Shown here one piece after another: positions 10,666 to 20,660 of a DNA stretch of 64,000 bases. Each line of letters begins with the position of its first letter. Position 1 is the stretch's first letter. The notes under the pieces were generated by a model that saw nothing but the letters and a program-made list of their open reading frames with translations, had not been told where the DNA came from and did no database searches. Origin of the DNA: Clostridia bacterium (GTDB lineage: Bacteria; Bacillota; Clostridia; Oscillospirales; CAG-272); the NCBI GenBank assembly GCA_017463125.1, contig JAFTPV010000005.1:7519-71518 (forward strand), written 5' to 3'. The translations under genes were made by a program, and so were the position numbers.

Positions 10666-12261
10666 TTAATCAGCTACACATTCTTTATCAATGAAGCCTA
10701 CGAAGGTATCATCAAAGTATACGCCGGCGCCGCCTGTCAGTCCGTAACGCATATTCATAAGTACAGAGTCGTATGTTGCATCAAGGTCAAATCCGCTTGT
10801 GCTCACCGTCTTGTAATTTATTCTTTCACCGTTTACATACTGAATTTCCTTACCGTTATCATAAACCTCGATGGTTATAGTATTCCACTCGCCTATCTTT
10901 AATTCTCCTCCGGTGGAGCTTGTATCTATATGATCGTTTGAAGATAAGTAATAGGTATATCCGCCTTCGGCATTAATCTTTGCAAATATCTTACCGATAA
11001 CGGGTCCGCTGGATCCTGCCCATGCTCCTGTTGTTCCGCTTGTCTTAGAGAGCTGCAAATCTATAATATAATCGTAAGTTTCAGTACCGCTTATAACCGA
11101 CGTGATACCGGTTGTATCAACTAGCATAAATCTCGTTTCGTATACCAAGCAGTTTCCGGATGTCATGCCTGTTTTCTTGTTGCTCAACACAAAGTCTACC
11201 GAATCCTTTACATTATGCCTATGCACCCAAAGAACCTTGTTTGTAGCATCCTTGGGGTCTGTTGCAAGATTGAGATGCAAACGGTTATCTGTTGTTTCAT
11301 ACGTGGTCTTATCATAAAGTGTATAGCCGGTAAAGGAAGAGCTAGAATAATTGTAAGTACCGAATGCATATCCGTCTTTTGCAACGATATATGCATTAGC
11401 AGCAGAGTAGTCAACTCCTCCGTACACATCGTAGTACATACCCGCACCGATCTCGCCTGCCTCAACGGTAGTGTGACCTGTAAGCTCAACCTCTGCTGAA
11501 GCGGCAACAGTCTTTGTCGCGGTCGTGACAGTTCCATCAGCGGCGATGGTGTATGTGGTAATATCCCATGCCTTTACGGAAGCGTCATCGGGAGTGATAG
11601 TAACCTTCGAGCCAGGCTCGTATATGCCTGCGCAAACGCCGTCAACCTTACCGCCTACTATATTAACAAAGTGACGGTCTGTAACGAGGGTTACGTTCTC
11701 TTTTCCAAGGAAATTGAGGAAGTAGTCCTGCGCGTCTGCCGCGTGCTCAAGGTAAGAGAGGTAGAGCGCCTTCTGGTAAGTTTCGGTTTCATCGTTGGGG
11801 TTGATTACGTCGTCCACAAAGAGTCTTTCATAGAAATACTCTGCGGGGCTGTATTTCATAGTTTCGCTTACGTTATCGCCGTCCTTAACGAAAACGTATA
11901 CCTCATCGCATACGTCTGCTGCCGCAAAACCGGGTACTGTGTAAGTATAGAAGGGGCCTTCTATGCCGTTTACAGTATCGTTGCAAAGCGCTGCGTCAGC
12001 CTTTACGCTGAACTTAAATTCTCCGCCGTTTGCGGGATCGCCGTTATAAACCTCGAGAGTTGCAGTGTCTGATACTGAGCTTTGAAGAACTGCGTACTGA
12101 ATTGCAAGTGTTGCGCCATATTTAACGTTTCTTCCCGCTATTTCAATTTCGGGATTCTGTGCTTCACCCTCTGCGCTTGCGCCAAATGCAAAGGCGGAGC
12201 AAGCAAGGAGAGCTGCCGTAAGAGTGAGAATGAGAATTTTTGTTAATTTAGAATTTTTCAT
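10666..12261 (-). CDS. Secreted/surface protein, cassette 1 gene D (conserved N-terminal domain plus C-terminal beta-sandwich-like module)
   Basis: Start reassigned to MKNSKLTK (AGGA RBS); Sec-type signal peptide; N-domain shared with 46895..48529 and 60052..61467; C-domain shared with the end of 13813..20637. Confidence 0.85.
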   Translation of the reverse strand: MKNSKLTKILILTLTAALLACSAFAFGASAEGEAQNPEIEIAGRNVKYGATLAIQYAVLQSSVSDTATLEVYNGDPANGGEFKFSVKADAALCNDTVNGIEGPFYTYTVPGFAAADVCDEVYVFVKDGDNVSETMKYSPAEYFYERLFVDDVINPNDETETYQKALYLSYLEHAADAQDYFLNFLGKENVTLVTDRHFVNIVGGKVDGVCAGIYEPGSKVTITPDDASVKAWDITTYTIAADGTVTTATKTVAASAEVELTGHTTVEAGEIGAGMYYDVYGGVDYSAANAYIVAKDGYAFGTYNYSSSSFTGYTLYDKTTYETTDNRLHLNLATDPKDATNKVLWVHRHNVKDSVDFVLSNKKTGMTSGNCLVYETRFMLVDTTGITSVISGTETYDYIIDLQLSKTSGTTGAWAGSSGPVIGKIFAKINAEGGYTYYLSSNDHIDTSSTGGELKIGEWNTITIEVYDNGKEIQYVNGERINYKTVSTSGFDLDATYDSVLMNMRYGLTGGAGVYFDDTFVGFIDKECVAD

Positions 12262-12302
12262 TATTGTTTCCTTTCTGTTTTTTGTTTTTTGTAAGAGAGT
12301 TT

Positions 12303-12446
12303 TTAAGTCCATGAGCTATCGTAATAATCGTCGCTCCAGTTGGGTGTTTTGCCTTCGCCGGAGGTGGCTATAACGTCCCCTGCCTCAAAGGTGACAATCT
12401 TTATCTCGGGGTCGAGATATGGTGCTTTGCGTTTCTCTTCTTTCAA
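12303..12446 (-). CDS. 47-aa peptide, cassette 1 gene C: MKEEKRKAPYLDPEIKIVTFEAGDVIATSGEGKTPNWSDDYYDSSWT
   Basis: Translated by hand; AGGAGG RBS, TTG start, TAA stop; homologous peptides at the same position in two other cassettes. Confidence 0.85.
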   Translation of the reverse strand: MKEEKRKAPYLDPEIKIVTFEAGDVIATSGEGKTPNWSDDYYDSSWT

Positions 12447-12477
12447 ATTTTTCGCCTCCTTTTTAGATTTTTATGTG

Positions 12478-12504
12478 TATTTGCTAATAATAATTTACAT
12501 TTTA
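12478..12504 (-). promoter_or_regulatory. 27-bp motif upstream of the peptide gene, identical to 61678..61704
   Basis: TAAAATGTAAATTATTATTAGCAAATA (minus strand) is an exact match between cassettes 1 and 3; function unknown. Confidence 0.5.
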
Positions 12505-13757
12505 GTGGGTTTCTTTATGTTCTCGAGGAATGCGTCATACTGTTTCTTACCGTGAATAGGCGGCATAAGACCTTCAAGCTCCAGCGCGCCGAATATCTTG
12601 CCGACAAGGCCTGTTGTGCAGAGTATGGTTGCGTTTACGTCACCCTCGTTGATAAGTCCGGGGGTTACAGGTGCGCCCTGTGAGGTGGGGCAGGTGCAAC
12701 CAGGACAGTAGGAGAAGGAGCCGTCCGTTTTCTTAAATGTGAGCGCCTTTCTTTTTGATGCTTTGATGCCCTCGGGCGCCATGCGTATCAGGTCAAGATA
12801 TATCTTTTCTGCCTCCGCCTTTTCTGTGTCGTTTCCGTACTTTCTCAGGTTTGATATAGCATTCCATGCAGAGTACCAGGCGTTAAACTGGTAGCAAACG
12901 GTGGAGCATTTTTCATCAGAGCAGATGCAGTCCATAGCCGTTCTTGCTACGTTTGCCGCATTAGGTATTGTGGATTTTGCCGTACCGTAGAAGCAGCTTA
13001 TCTTAAGGATACCATTTATCGCCTCGTAGCCTGTCGCTGTGCCCCAAATTCCCGTATCGGCCCTCTGGTGACTGTTAAGAATTTCTATAGCTATGTCCTT
13101 GTAGCCCGCATTTACTATCTGCGCGCCCTGCGCCGCTATGACGTTGCCCGACCAATACGCCTTCTCTTCCCAGTCGAAAGAGTTCATATACTCTCTGAAA
13201 GCATCCTCCGAGCGAAGATACTCGGGCATTGCCGAGAGGGTTTCATTTTTCTCTTCTCCTTTAGCCTCGCGAGCCGCCTTTAGTCTCTCGTTTGCGGTAG
13301 GTGCGGGGAACTTGTAGCCGAGGCGACGCGAAAGGTCCTCGCTCCACATAAGGTCACGTCCTCGGCGGGAGTCGCGGATATTCTTGCCCCACTGCTTGTG
13401 GTAGATGTATCCGTCCTCGGAGTCAAAAAGGGAGAGATTAAATTCCTTTATTTTTTCGAGCATCCATTTTGGGTGCTCAAGGTCGGATTTTACCATTCCC
13501 GAGCCTTTAAGGTAGTTCATCGCCTGTATTGTGGACTCAATGTCGGGTAGGAAGCCGTCGTTATCCCTTGCGGAATTTGAGTAATACCAGCCTCCGATGT
13601 CGAAGTCAAAAAGCTTTGCAAGCCAAATGACGTCGGGTGTGCCGTAGGCTGAATAGAGGTCCTCTACGGCATCAATAAATTCATTGCCGTTACCGCCGAG
13701 CCTTGTTACCTCAGCGGAGAGCTTTTCGTATTTTTCTTTTCTAAAAGCTGTATTCAT
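12495..13757 (-). CDS. Stand-alone cytoplasmic 'domain X' protein, cassette 1 gene B (predicted alpha/alpha toroid, prenyltransferase/squalene-cyclase-like repeats)
   Basis: 420 aa, no signal peptide; GGWYYSNSARDN.GFLPDIEST, GYIYHKQW, SRRGRDL, NGILKIS, FNAWY, KTDGSFSY, EGDVNAT. Confidence 0.8.
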   Translation of the reverse strand: MNTAFRKEKYEKLSAEVTRLGGNGNEFIDAVEDLYSAYGTPDVIWLAKLFDFDIGGWYYSNSARDNDGFLPDIESTIQAMNYLKGSGMVKSDLEHPKWMLEKIKEFNLSLFDSEDGYIYHKQWGKNIRDSRRGRDLMWSEDLSRRLGYKFPAPTANERLKAAREAKGEEKNETLSAMPEYLRSEDAFREYMNSFDWEEKAYWSGNVIAAQGAQIVNAGYKDIAIEILNSHQRADTGIWGTATGYEAINGILKISCFYGTAKSTIPNAANVARTAMDCICSDEKCSTVCYQFNAWYSAWNAISNLRKYGNDTEKAEAEKIYLDLIRMAPEGIKASKRKALTFKKTDGSFSYCPGCTCPTSQGAPVTPGLINEGDVNATILCTTGLVGKIFGALELEGLMPPIHGKKQYDAFLENIKKPTKM

Positions 13758-13812
13758 TTTCTTTTTTGTGTTTGTGTCGCGGCTTGCCGATATTTCACGG
13801 CAAGCCTGTTTT

Positions 13813-16800
13813 TTAGTTTGCTGTGTACTCTTTTTCGATTATTCCAACGAAGGTATCATCGAAGTATGCGCCAAAGCCGTTATTTAATCCGCCTCTGGGT
13901 CTTACCAAAACAGAATCATAAGTTGCGCCAATATCAATGCCGTCCGACTTAATCGTCTTTGAGTAAATGTATACTCCGTCAACATAGTACTTTGAAATTC
14001 CGTTGCCGTAGGTTTCAACCCTTAACGTGTGCCACTCATCAGTTTTTATCTCGCCGCCTTTATCAAGCGTGTTTACAAACTGATACGGTGCAACGCAGAA
14101 GCGGTATCCACTGTCAGCACTAGAATCGGCGACTATTGAAATGCAGGCTGTTATGAGTCCGCGCGTAGTTGTATCAGAAGCTCCCGAACCGGTGGAATAA
14201 ACGGTTTGACCGCTTGCATTTGTAGAAGTGTAGGTCTTGCCAAGCTCAATAGCAAAGGCTTCCTTATAAGTTTGTGTCGCATAACTTTCAAGCGCTGAAG
14301 TTTCTGCACTCTTTATCATAATTTTAGTTTCAAAAACTAAACAGTTACCCGACTTCAAATTTGACTTATTTGTCGTAAATACGAGAGGCGTGGTATCCTT
14401 CGTATCGTACTTATGATATATGAGCACCTTGTTTGCAGCATTGCATGGATCGGTTATGATATTGAGGTAAGCTCTGTCGTCCGTCGTGGCGGTGCTTGAG
14501 CTATCGTAAATCATATATCCCGCCAGCGAATGTTTATTAATATTATTACGGTTACAACCGTATGCAAGCCCCTCTACTGCAAGGCTCTTTGCGCTATCAG
14601 CATCGTTATAAACAAGACCGCCGTACTCGGTGAAATACTCTCCGTCGTAAACGTCTTTTGGCGTTTCGGGGGGTGTGGGCTCGTCGGTATCGTCACCGCC
14701 GCCTGTGATTGTGTCGTCACCGCTATCACCCGAGCCTGTGCCGTTTGAGCTGAAGCACATATTGTCAAAGTATACTTTAGCCTCGCTTGCTTCCTTACGA
14801 AGAAGGAGCGCAAGGTAAGGAGTGCCGCTGACATCGGCTGTAAATTCTTCGGTAATAATGACCTTCTCATTGATAGAATAGATTACCTTGTCGTTATCAA
14901 GGTCATACTTTGCAGTAAATCTTATCCACTCGTCACCAGAGACTGTAAGCTCACCAATAGTGAACGTGCCGTCATTGTTTGCTAAAATGTCAAGAGTTGT
15001 ATACATTTTCGGTGTTGATTCACCACCGCCTGTGCGGTAATTTGCAGCAAGTGCTACGCGAAGAACCCATTTGTTTTCCTCGTTCTCGAGCCCTACTACC
15101 TCACCTAGCTTCATTCCGGTTTCAAAGATATACACACTTCCTGCGCCGACAACGTTCTTTACGTATATTTCGCCCTGATAGCTATTGTTTATCTTTGCGT
15201 AAAGCAGGCTCTTTCCACCATCATCGCTCGCTATGCTGAGGTAAGCGTAAGTGGTATTTCCGGGCGAGGTGGTAGACTGATTTCTGACTATCACTCTATC
15301 GTCCATAGGAAGCTCGATGCCGGTGCCGCCCTTGTCGATTCCGTTATATGCGTCGCTCATATTATCAAAGCTGAGGCCGCCGCTGACGAAATTCTTACCT
15401 GGTGCGCGTCCGTCAATCTTAAGCTCGGGAACAGTTCCATCGTAGGATTCGGCAGTTGCTATGCAGGTGGTATTATCGAAGAATACGTCACGGCTCTTAG
15501 TTTGCTTATTAAGAATGAAGCCGACGTGGCTGAAGTCCTCTGGCGAAATCTCAACAGCCGCAGTGTGTACAAGCTCACCGTTTACATATATTGCCGCGAC
15601 TCCATAGCTCTCACTTGTTACGGTGTAATACTGTATTCTGAAATTGAACCAGGTGTCACCGTCAACCTTTACGCGCATGCCGTCAGGAGCCTCAATATCA
15701 AAGGTGCCATCAGCCTTTGCGTAGAATTTAATTTCGGAGTAGAAGGTGGGTATTGCATCTGTGGTCGTTGTGCGTATGCCCTGGGTGAAGCCCATGCGCA
15801 TAGTCCATGCCGTATCATCAGCGGTGAGCGAGGGCGACACGAGCTTAAGGCTGGTTTCATAGATGAAGGTCTTGCCCTCTCCGCCCTGGCGCTTGAAGTA
15901 ATACTCGGAGGTTTTATCAGTCGTATTCTTGCCGAACCTGAGCGATTTACCGCCTATTTCGGTGTTGAATATGATATATGAACCCGTTTCCTGATATGCG
16001 GCATCGGTAATACCGTTGTTTCTTGCGAATATCTTATCAAAGGCGTCTATTTCGTTGCGCTTGTCAATATCCGTCCACACATTTCCGGTATATTGGTTAA
16101 AGTTGTTACCGCCGTACTGCTCGAAATACTTGCCTGGGAGGAGTCCCTCGTCTATTTCGGGAAGCGGGTCGGGCTCTGCCGCTAAGCGCTCGGTTTTAAT
16201 GTTATCAAGGAGGATGGTACAGTTGGCATCGCTCCACGTATAGAGTCTGACCTCGTTTACGTTGTTTGAGGTATAGGTTGCGTTATTGTAAGCATTATAG
16301 CCCGTACCAATAAGTACACCGTCAATATACACCTTTACAAGAACATCTGCTATTCCGTCACCGGTATAGTCTATATCGGTCTTTTGATACTCCATACGCA
16401 GCTTAAACCACTTGCCCGCCTTTGCAACCTGCTTTGAAATATAGGTTGCTCCGCCGGTGTTGTCGCTGAGAATTACGCTTCCGCTTGAATACTGGAGCGT
16501 CATTTTTGTCGCGTATTGGTTGCCTGCCATAAAGTAGACTTCAACCGCGTCAGATTTAGTAAGGAAGTTTGCCGCAATATCAGCCTCAAAGGCTACTCTG
16601 TTTGTATTTTCATCCGCCTTGATAACGGGTATATACAGAGAGTCGTTTCCGCCGACACTCGTGGTATATTCGAGAACCTTGCTCGCCGCGCCATCGATTA
16701 TCATTTCCTTAACCCTGAGATTTGCAGAGCCGGAACGGAAGTCAAGCCTGAACAGCCCCTTAACGTTACCCGTCGAGGTCTCTTCAAAGGTGATTTCAGC

Positions 16801-19800
16801 CTTGTTCTTCTCGGGTGAGGCTGTGTCGGATTTTCCGATAGCAAAGTACATATTATAGCACTCCGCTTTTACGTTATCGAGTGTGAGAGCTGTATTTGCC
16901 TTATTCGAGGTTGCGGTTACGTAATCGCACGAAAGGTCTGCGTTTTCCTGCTTATAGACAAGGCTCGTTGTACCTATCGTTTTACCGTTTAGCACTACGT
17001 TCATAGCGTCCTTAGCCGCGCTGTACTCTATCCGCAGAGTGCCGGAGCCCTGCTCAAAGCTGCAGAGAGGTACAAGATTATATACCTTCTGTTCGGTTAC
17101 CTCGTATACCTTAACGACGTCACCGTCGGTTACAAAATCAAGAGCGGCTATAATGTGTCCGTCCTCATTTGTAAAGGCTACTCTGAACTCCGAATTTTGC
17201 TTTTCGGCTATGGTGAAATCTGCTTCAAGGATAACCGCGCTGATTACAGGGCTTCTCTTATTTACGGGGACTTTAAGCTGTGAGCCGGAGGAGCTTTGTC
17301 CAAAATCGACCTTACCCTCGTTAAGCTTCGCTCCGCTTGCGGTACAATCACCAAGTCCGTCGGTAAAATCGTATACCTTCTCAGGAATTGTAGGCTCGGT
17401 AACCTCGTCGTATGATACTACGTCCCTTTCCGCCTTAACCGTATGCACCAATACCGCACCGCTTACACCGTCTGCCGAGATATTGGCAAAGGTCAGCTCG
17501 CCGTAAATATTGTTTATAGCTCTTTGACAGAAGGCGTCAAGAGTTGCAACTATTGTTTTATCAAGATATATAAGAGCCGTTCTCATAGTTCCGAAATACT
17601 CAACTCTTATAGTAAATTTCTTGCCTATCGGAGCTTCAAATCCGGATATCTTTGCTCCGGTCGCCCCGCTTGAAGCCTCGTGAAGCGCAAGATATTTTAC
17701 TCCGTCACGCTGTTCTACTATAAGATGAACCCTGACCATTGCAACAGAGGTGGTGGTGCGTAAGACAAGCTCATACTTTGCTCCTACTGCAGTACTCTCG
17801 TCAACGGTGAGGGAAAGGTCTGCTACACCGCAGTTTGCCTTCTGGGTTCTGACGGTTACAGGAACCTTCAGCGAGCCTGACTGCAAATCAAGCGCGCTTG
17901 TGCCGTCAATCTCCTTAAGCTGCGAATCGGTTGTCAGGTCACCGTGAATACCGTTTGCAAAATCATATACAACCTCTTCCTTATCGGGTGCGTCAACGTT
18001 TATAAGAAGCTTCTCTTGCGGGTCGTTCACTATCTCGTATTGCTTTGACGTCTTGGTTACTGTGGTGTTGTCCATAAGAAGAGTCGTATTATTAGTGGAC
18101 ATTACAGCGACTCTTACACCCCTGTAATTTTCAGAGGGCTTTCCGCCGCCTTCAAGCTTTGCACCGTCTCCGCTGTACCAGTTGTCGCTGACGGCTATTA
18201 GGGTTTCGTTAATGTATATTTTAATTCGGATATTGGCTCTATCCTGGGAGTAATACTCAACTCTGAGCTTAAACCACTCACCGACAGCCGCTACTCTGCC
18301 AAGGGATACCGACCTCGAGTTTTTAGACTCACCGGCAGACTCCTCGTGCAGATATACTCCGTCGTTTTCATCTATAATTTCGTCACCGTTTTCGTCCTTG
18401 ACGGTAATGCCTATCATATAAATTCCGTCGTGAATTGTGATGTGCGAAATATAACCCGCATCACTTGACTCAACGAGGAAATCGGATTCGCAAATAAAGG
18501 TCTTGGCTCCGAGATACATAGACTCGTACGGAATTACTACATAGTCGTATCCGTTGTTCTTCGACTCAAATCTTAAAACGTTACCGTCCCTGCCCATTTC
18601 AACCGTAACGTCACCGCTTGAAGAAATGCTCTTGGTAAAGCCTTCGGGTGTCTGACCAATCGTGCTGTCCTCATAATCAAGAGGCTCGGCGTTTGGAACC
18701 TCGTCCTTGACCGACTCGTTAAGGTCGGTTACGATCTCCATATATCTTATAAAGTCGCTCTTTGTGTACATAGAAACCATCGAAAGACCGAGAACTCTGA
18801 ACATTCTCTCCGTCGTACCGACGCTTCCGAGCTCGGTAGCGTTTATGTCTCCCTCTACCTGATTGGGAAGAGCGACGATCATCTCTGAGGAGGTTGGTGA
18901 GCTGTATTTCTTCGAGTAGGAAATAGAGCCGTCAGGCTTTATAAAGGCGGCAATACACGAGGTCGTGTTCTTTATTGACTTAACCGCATTTTTAAGTATC
19001 TCTGATCTTACCTCGGAAAGATTTTCTTTAAGACTCGTGTTATAGCTCTCAATATTCTGAACGAGATTAAGCACCGCATACCACGTATTGTAAATATCCG
19101 TGATGGCGGTAACGTCATCGGGGTTCATAATACCGATAACCTCAAGGGTAGAGCTTATCGCCTCCATAACGTAGGGGAACGGGCGGCCAAAGGTTGACCA
19201 CGCGCCCGAAATCTTAAGAAGGCCGTTTACTCCCTCATAGTCGGCGTAATCGTACGTTGTCCAAAGACCTGTTTTAGGATTTTGCTTTGTTTCAAGCCAG
19301 GTGAAGAGCACGTTCTCAAGCCCCTCTTCTCCGCGTCCCTTAAGCACCTGGTCTCTCTTTTTTATCTGGCTTATCTGAGTTGAAAGAATAGAGCTTACCT
19401 TGTATGGTGATGCGTTTATATCAAGGGTTTTAAGATAATCGGAAAAAGCCTTTGCGCTCACGAAGCGCGCCTCAACGTAAGCATCGTCACTTACGGCTAT
19501 GACCTTGGATACCGCGGTAACAGCCGATGTCTTTTTCAAGGGAGCAAGCATAGACACGGGGGAAACTCTCGTTCCGTCTGCCGGAATACCGTCGCCCTTT
19601 GTTCCGTTTGCCGTATCATAGGTCGGGCTATTGCCAAAACTTTTAAGAATTGCCTCCGCCTTGCCAAGATCTCTGCCCTTTCTCGTTTCCGAGCCGTCAA
19701 CCTGTGCCTTCGTCCACTGGGGATGATAGAAATATCCGTTTTCGTCCTGGCGCGACTTAACGAAATATACTATCTGTTCCTGCATCCACTCGGGGATAGC

Positions 19801-20637
19801 AGTCTTAAGTGCGCCTACCTCATCTATCATACCCGAGCCGGAGATAAAATCAAGCGCTTGACCCGTGCTCTCAATGTCGGGGAGATAGCCTATGGTATTT
19901 CTGCCCGAGTTTGAGTAATACCAGCCACCCTCGGTGGGCTCGTAGAGATTGGCAAACCAGGAGATAACGTCGTCGCTGTATATCTTATAGTGATTTACAA
20001 GCGCGTTATAAACCTCCTCGGCTTCTTTTTCGCTAAGCTTTGCCTTGAGGCTATTCTTTACACTAGCCCACTGCTTTTCTACGGTTACCTCGTCAAGCCT
20101 TTCCTGGTATTCAACATAGTCCACAAGGCCGCTCGTGACCTTGCCCTCTGCGAGCTTTATCACCTTGTCACCGTCAATACAGTTATTGACTATGTATTCA
20201 AGTGCCACAATCTGCGCAGCTTCAACTCCATAGTCATCGCTGTCAAAGGCTACGGCAATTTTTCGTCCGTCGGAATATATCACAAATCCGAGATGATTTT
20301 CGTTCTCGGTATAGCTCTTTAGTTTTTCAAGCTCCGCGTACGCCTGCTTTGAAAGCTCACCACCCGTCCTGCCGACGATTATCTGTCCGTCTGCCTCGGG
20401 AGTGTCAGCGCCCTTTACACTCAGATATGAGCCGATTTCGGCACCGAGGCTGTTTGTGAAATCAATCAGAATTTTCGCGCCGGCACCCTCTCCGTTTATG
20501 ACAGTTAAGGATTTTCTGGGGGCGTATATTACCTCATCCGTTGCTCCGCCGACCTCTTTATTTGACGTACAGCCGAAAAGGGACACGACAAGTAAAGAAA
20601 TAACTGCAAGAGCTGCCGATAGTCTAAATTTCTTCAT
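13813..20637 (-). CDS. Giant lipoprotein, cassette 1 gene A (domain X plus multiple beta-sandwich/LamG-like modules)
   Basis: 2274 aa; lipobox LFGC; domain X in the N-terminal third; repeated W-F-x-L-R-x-E-Y...YI[ND]...[LF]DN modules; last three modules begin G-x-[YN]-F...GG. Confidence 0.85.
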   Translation of the reverse strand: MKKFRLSAALAVISLLVVSLFGCTSNKEVGGATDEVIYAPRKSLTVINGEGAGAKILIDFTNSLGAEIGSYLSVKGADTPEADGQIIVGRTGGELSKQAYAELEKLKSYTENENHLGFVIYSDGRKIAVAFDSDDYGVEAAQIVALEYIVNNCIDGDKVIKLAEGKVTSGLVDYVEYQERLDEVTVEKQWASVKNSLKAKLSEKEAEEVYNALVNHYKIYSDDVISWFANLYEPTEGGWYYSNSGRNTIGYLPDIESTGQALDFISGSGMIDEVGALKTAIPEWMQEQIVYFVKSRQDENGYFYHPQWTKAQVDGSETRKGRDLGKAEAILKSFGNSPTYDTANGTKGDGIPADGTRVSPVSMLAPLKKTSAVTAVSKVIAVSDDAYVEARFVSAKAFSDYLKTLDINASPYKVSSILSTQISQIKKRDQVLKGRGEEGLENVLFTWLETKQNPKTGLWTTYDYADYEGVNGLLKISGAWSTFGRPFPYVMEAISSTLEVIGIMNPDDVTAITDIYNTWYAVLNLVQNIESYNTSLKENLSEVRSEILKNAVKSIKNTTSCIAAFIKPDGSISYSKKYSSPTSSEMIVALPNQVEGDINATELGSVGTTERMFRVLGLSMVSMYTKSDFIRYMEIVTDLNESVKDEVPNAEPLDYEDSTIGQTPEGFTKSISSSGDVTVEMGRDGNVLRFESKNNGYDYVVIPYESMYLGAKTFICESDFLVESSDAGYISHITIHDGIYMIGITVKDENGDEIIDENDGVYLHEESAGESKNSRSVSLGRVAAVGEWFKLRVEYYSQDRANIRIKIYINETLIAVSDNWYSGDGAKLEGGGKPSENYRGVRVAVMSTNNTTLLMDNTTVTKTSKQYEIVNDPQEKLLINVDAPDKEEVVYDFANGIHGDLTTDSQLKEIDGTSALDLQSGSLKVPVTVRTQKANCGVADLSLTVDESTAVGAKYELVLRTTTSVAMVRVHLIVEQRDGVKYLALHEASSGATGAKISGFEAPIGKKFTIRVEYFGTMRTALIYLDKTIVATLDAFCQRAINNIYGELTFANISADGVSGAVLVHTVKAERDVVSYDEVTEPTIPEKVYDFTDGLGDCTASGAKLNEGKVDFGQSSSGSQLKVPVNKRSPVISAVILEADFTIAEKQNSEFRVAFTNEDGHIIAALDFVTDGDVVKVYEVTEQKVYNLVPLCSFEQGSGTLRIEYSAAKDAMNVVLNGKTIGTTSLVYKQENADLSCDYVTATSNKANTALTLDNVKAECYNMYFAIGKSDTASPEKNKAEITFEETSTGNVKGLFRLDFRSGSANLRVKEMIIDGAASKVLEYTTSVGGNDSLYIPVIKADENTNRVAFEADIAANFLTKSDAVEVYFMAGNQYATKMTLQYSSGSVILSDNTGGATYISKQVAKAGKWFKLRMEYQKTDIDYTGDGIADVLVKVYIDGVLIGTGYNAYNNATYTSNNVNEVRLYTWSDANCTILLDNIKTERLAAEPDPLPEIDEGLLPGKYFEQYGGNNFNQYTGNVWTDIDKRNEIDAFDKIFARNNGITDAAYQETGSYIIFNTEIGGKSLRFGKNTTDKTSEYYFKRQGGEGKTFIYETSLKLVSPSLTADDTAWTMRMGFTQGIRTTTTDAIPTFYSEIKFYAKADGTFDIEAPDGMRVKVDGDTWFNFRIQYYTVTSESYGVAAIYVNGELVHTAAVEISPEDFSHVGFILNKQTKSRDVFFDNTTCIATAESYDGTVPELKIDGRAPGKNFVSGGLSFDNMSDAYNGIDKGGTGIELPMDDRVIVRNQSTTSPGNTTYAYLSIASDDGGKSLLYAKINNSYQGEIYVKNVVGAGSVYIFETGMKLGEVVGLENEENKWVLRVALAANYRTGGGESTPKMYTTLDILANNDGTFTIGELTVSGDEWIRFTAKYDLDNDKVIYSINEKVIITEEFTADVSGTPYLALLLRKEASEAKVYFDNMCFSSNGTGSGDSGDDTITGGGDDTDEPTPPETPKDVYDGEYFTEYGGLVYNDADSAKSLAVEGLAYGCNRNNINKHSLAGYMIYDSSSTATTDDRAYLNIITDPCNAANKVLIYHKYDTKDTTPLVFTTNKSNLKSGNCLVFETKIMIKSAETSALESYATQTYKEAFAIELGKTYTSTNASGQTVYSTGSGASDTTTRGLITACISIVADSSADSGYRFCVAPYQFVNTLDKGGEIKTDEWHTLRVETYGNGISKYYVDGVYIYSKTIKSDGIDIGATYDSVLVRPRGGLNNGFGAYFDDTFVGIIEKEYTAN

Positions 20638-20660
20638 TCACAATCTCCTTTCTGAAGGTC

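Noticed and set aside
12303-12446. Canonical lasso peptide cluster
   Set aside because: Leader is reminiscent, but no lasso cyclase, B1/B2 proteins or exporter occur in any of the three cassettes
10666-14650. Diversity-generating retroelement or shufflon behind the duplicated C-terminal domains
   Set aside because: Copies are diverged throughout with indels and are co-oriented; no reverse transcriptase or invertase sites seen
12495-20637. Polymorphic toxin-immunity pair (A toxin, B immunity)
   Set aside because: B is a full paralog of A's N-terminal domain with the same conserved residues, and A's variable tip is shared with gene D, not matched by B
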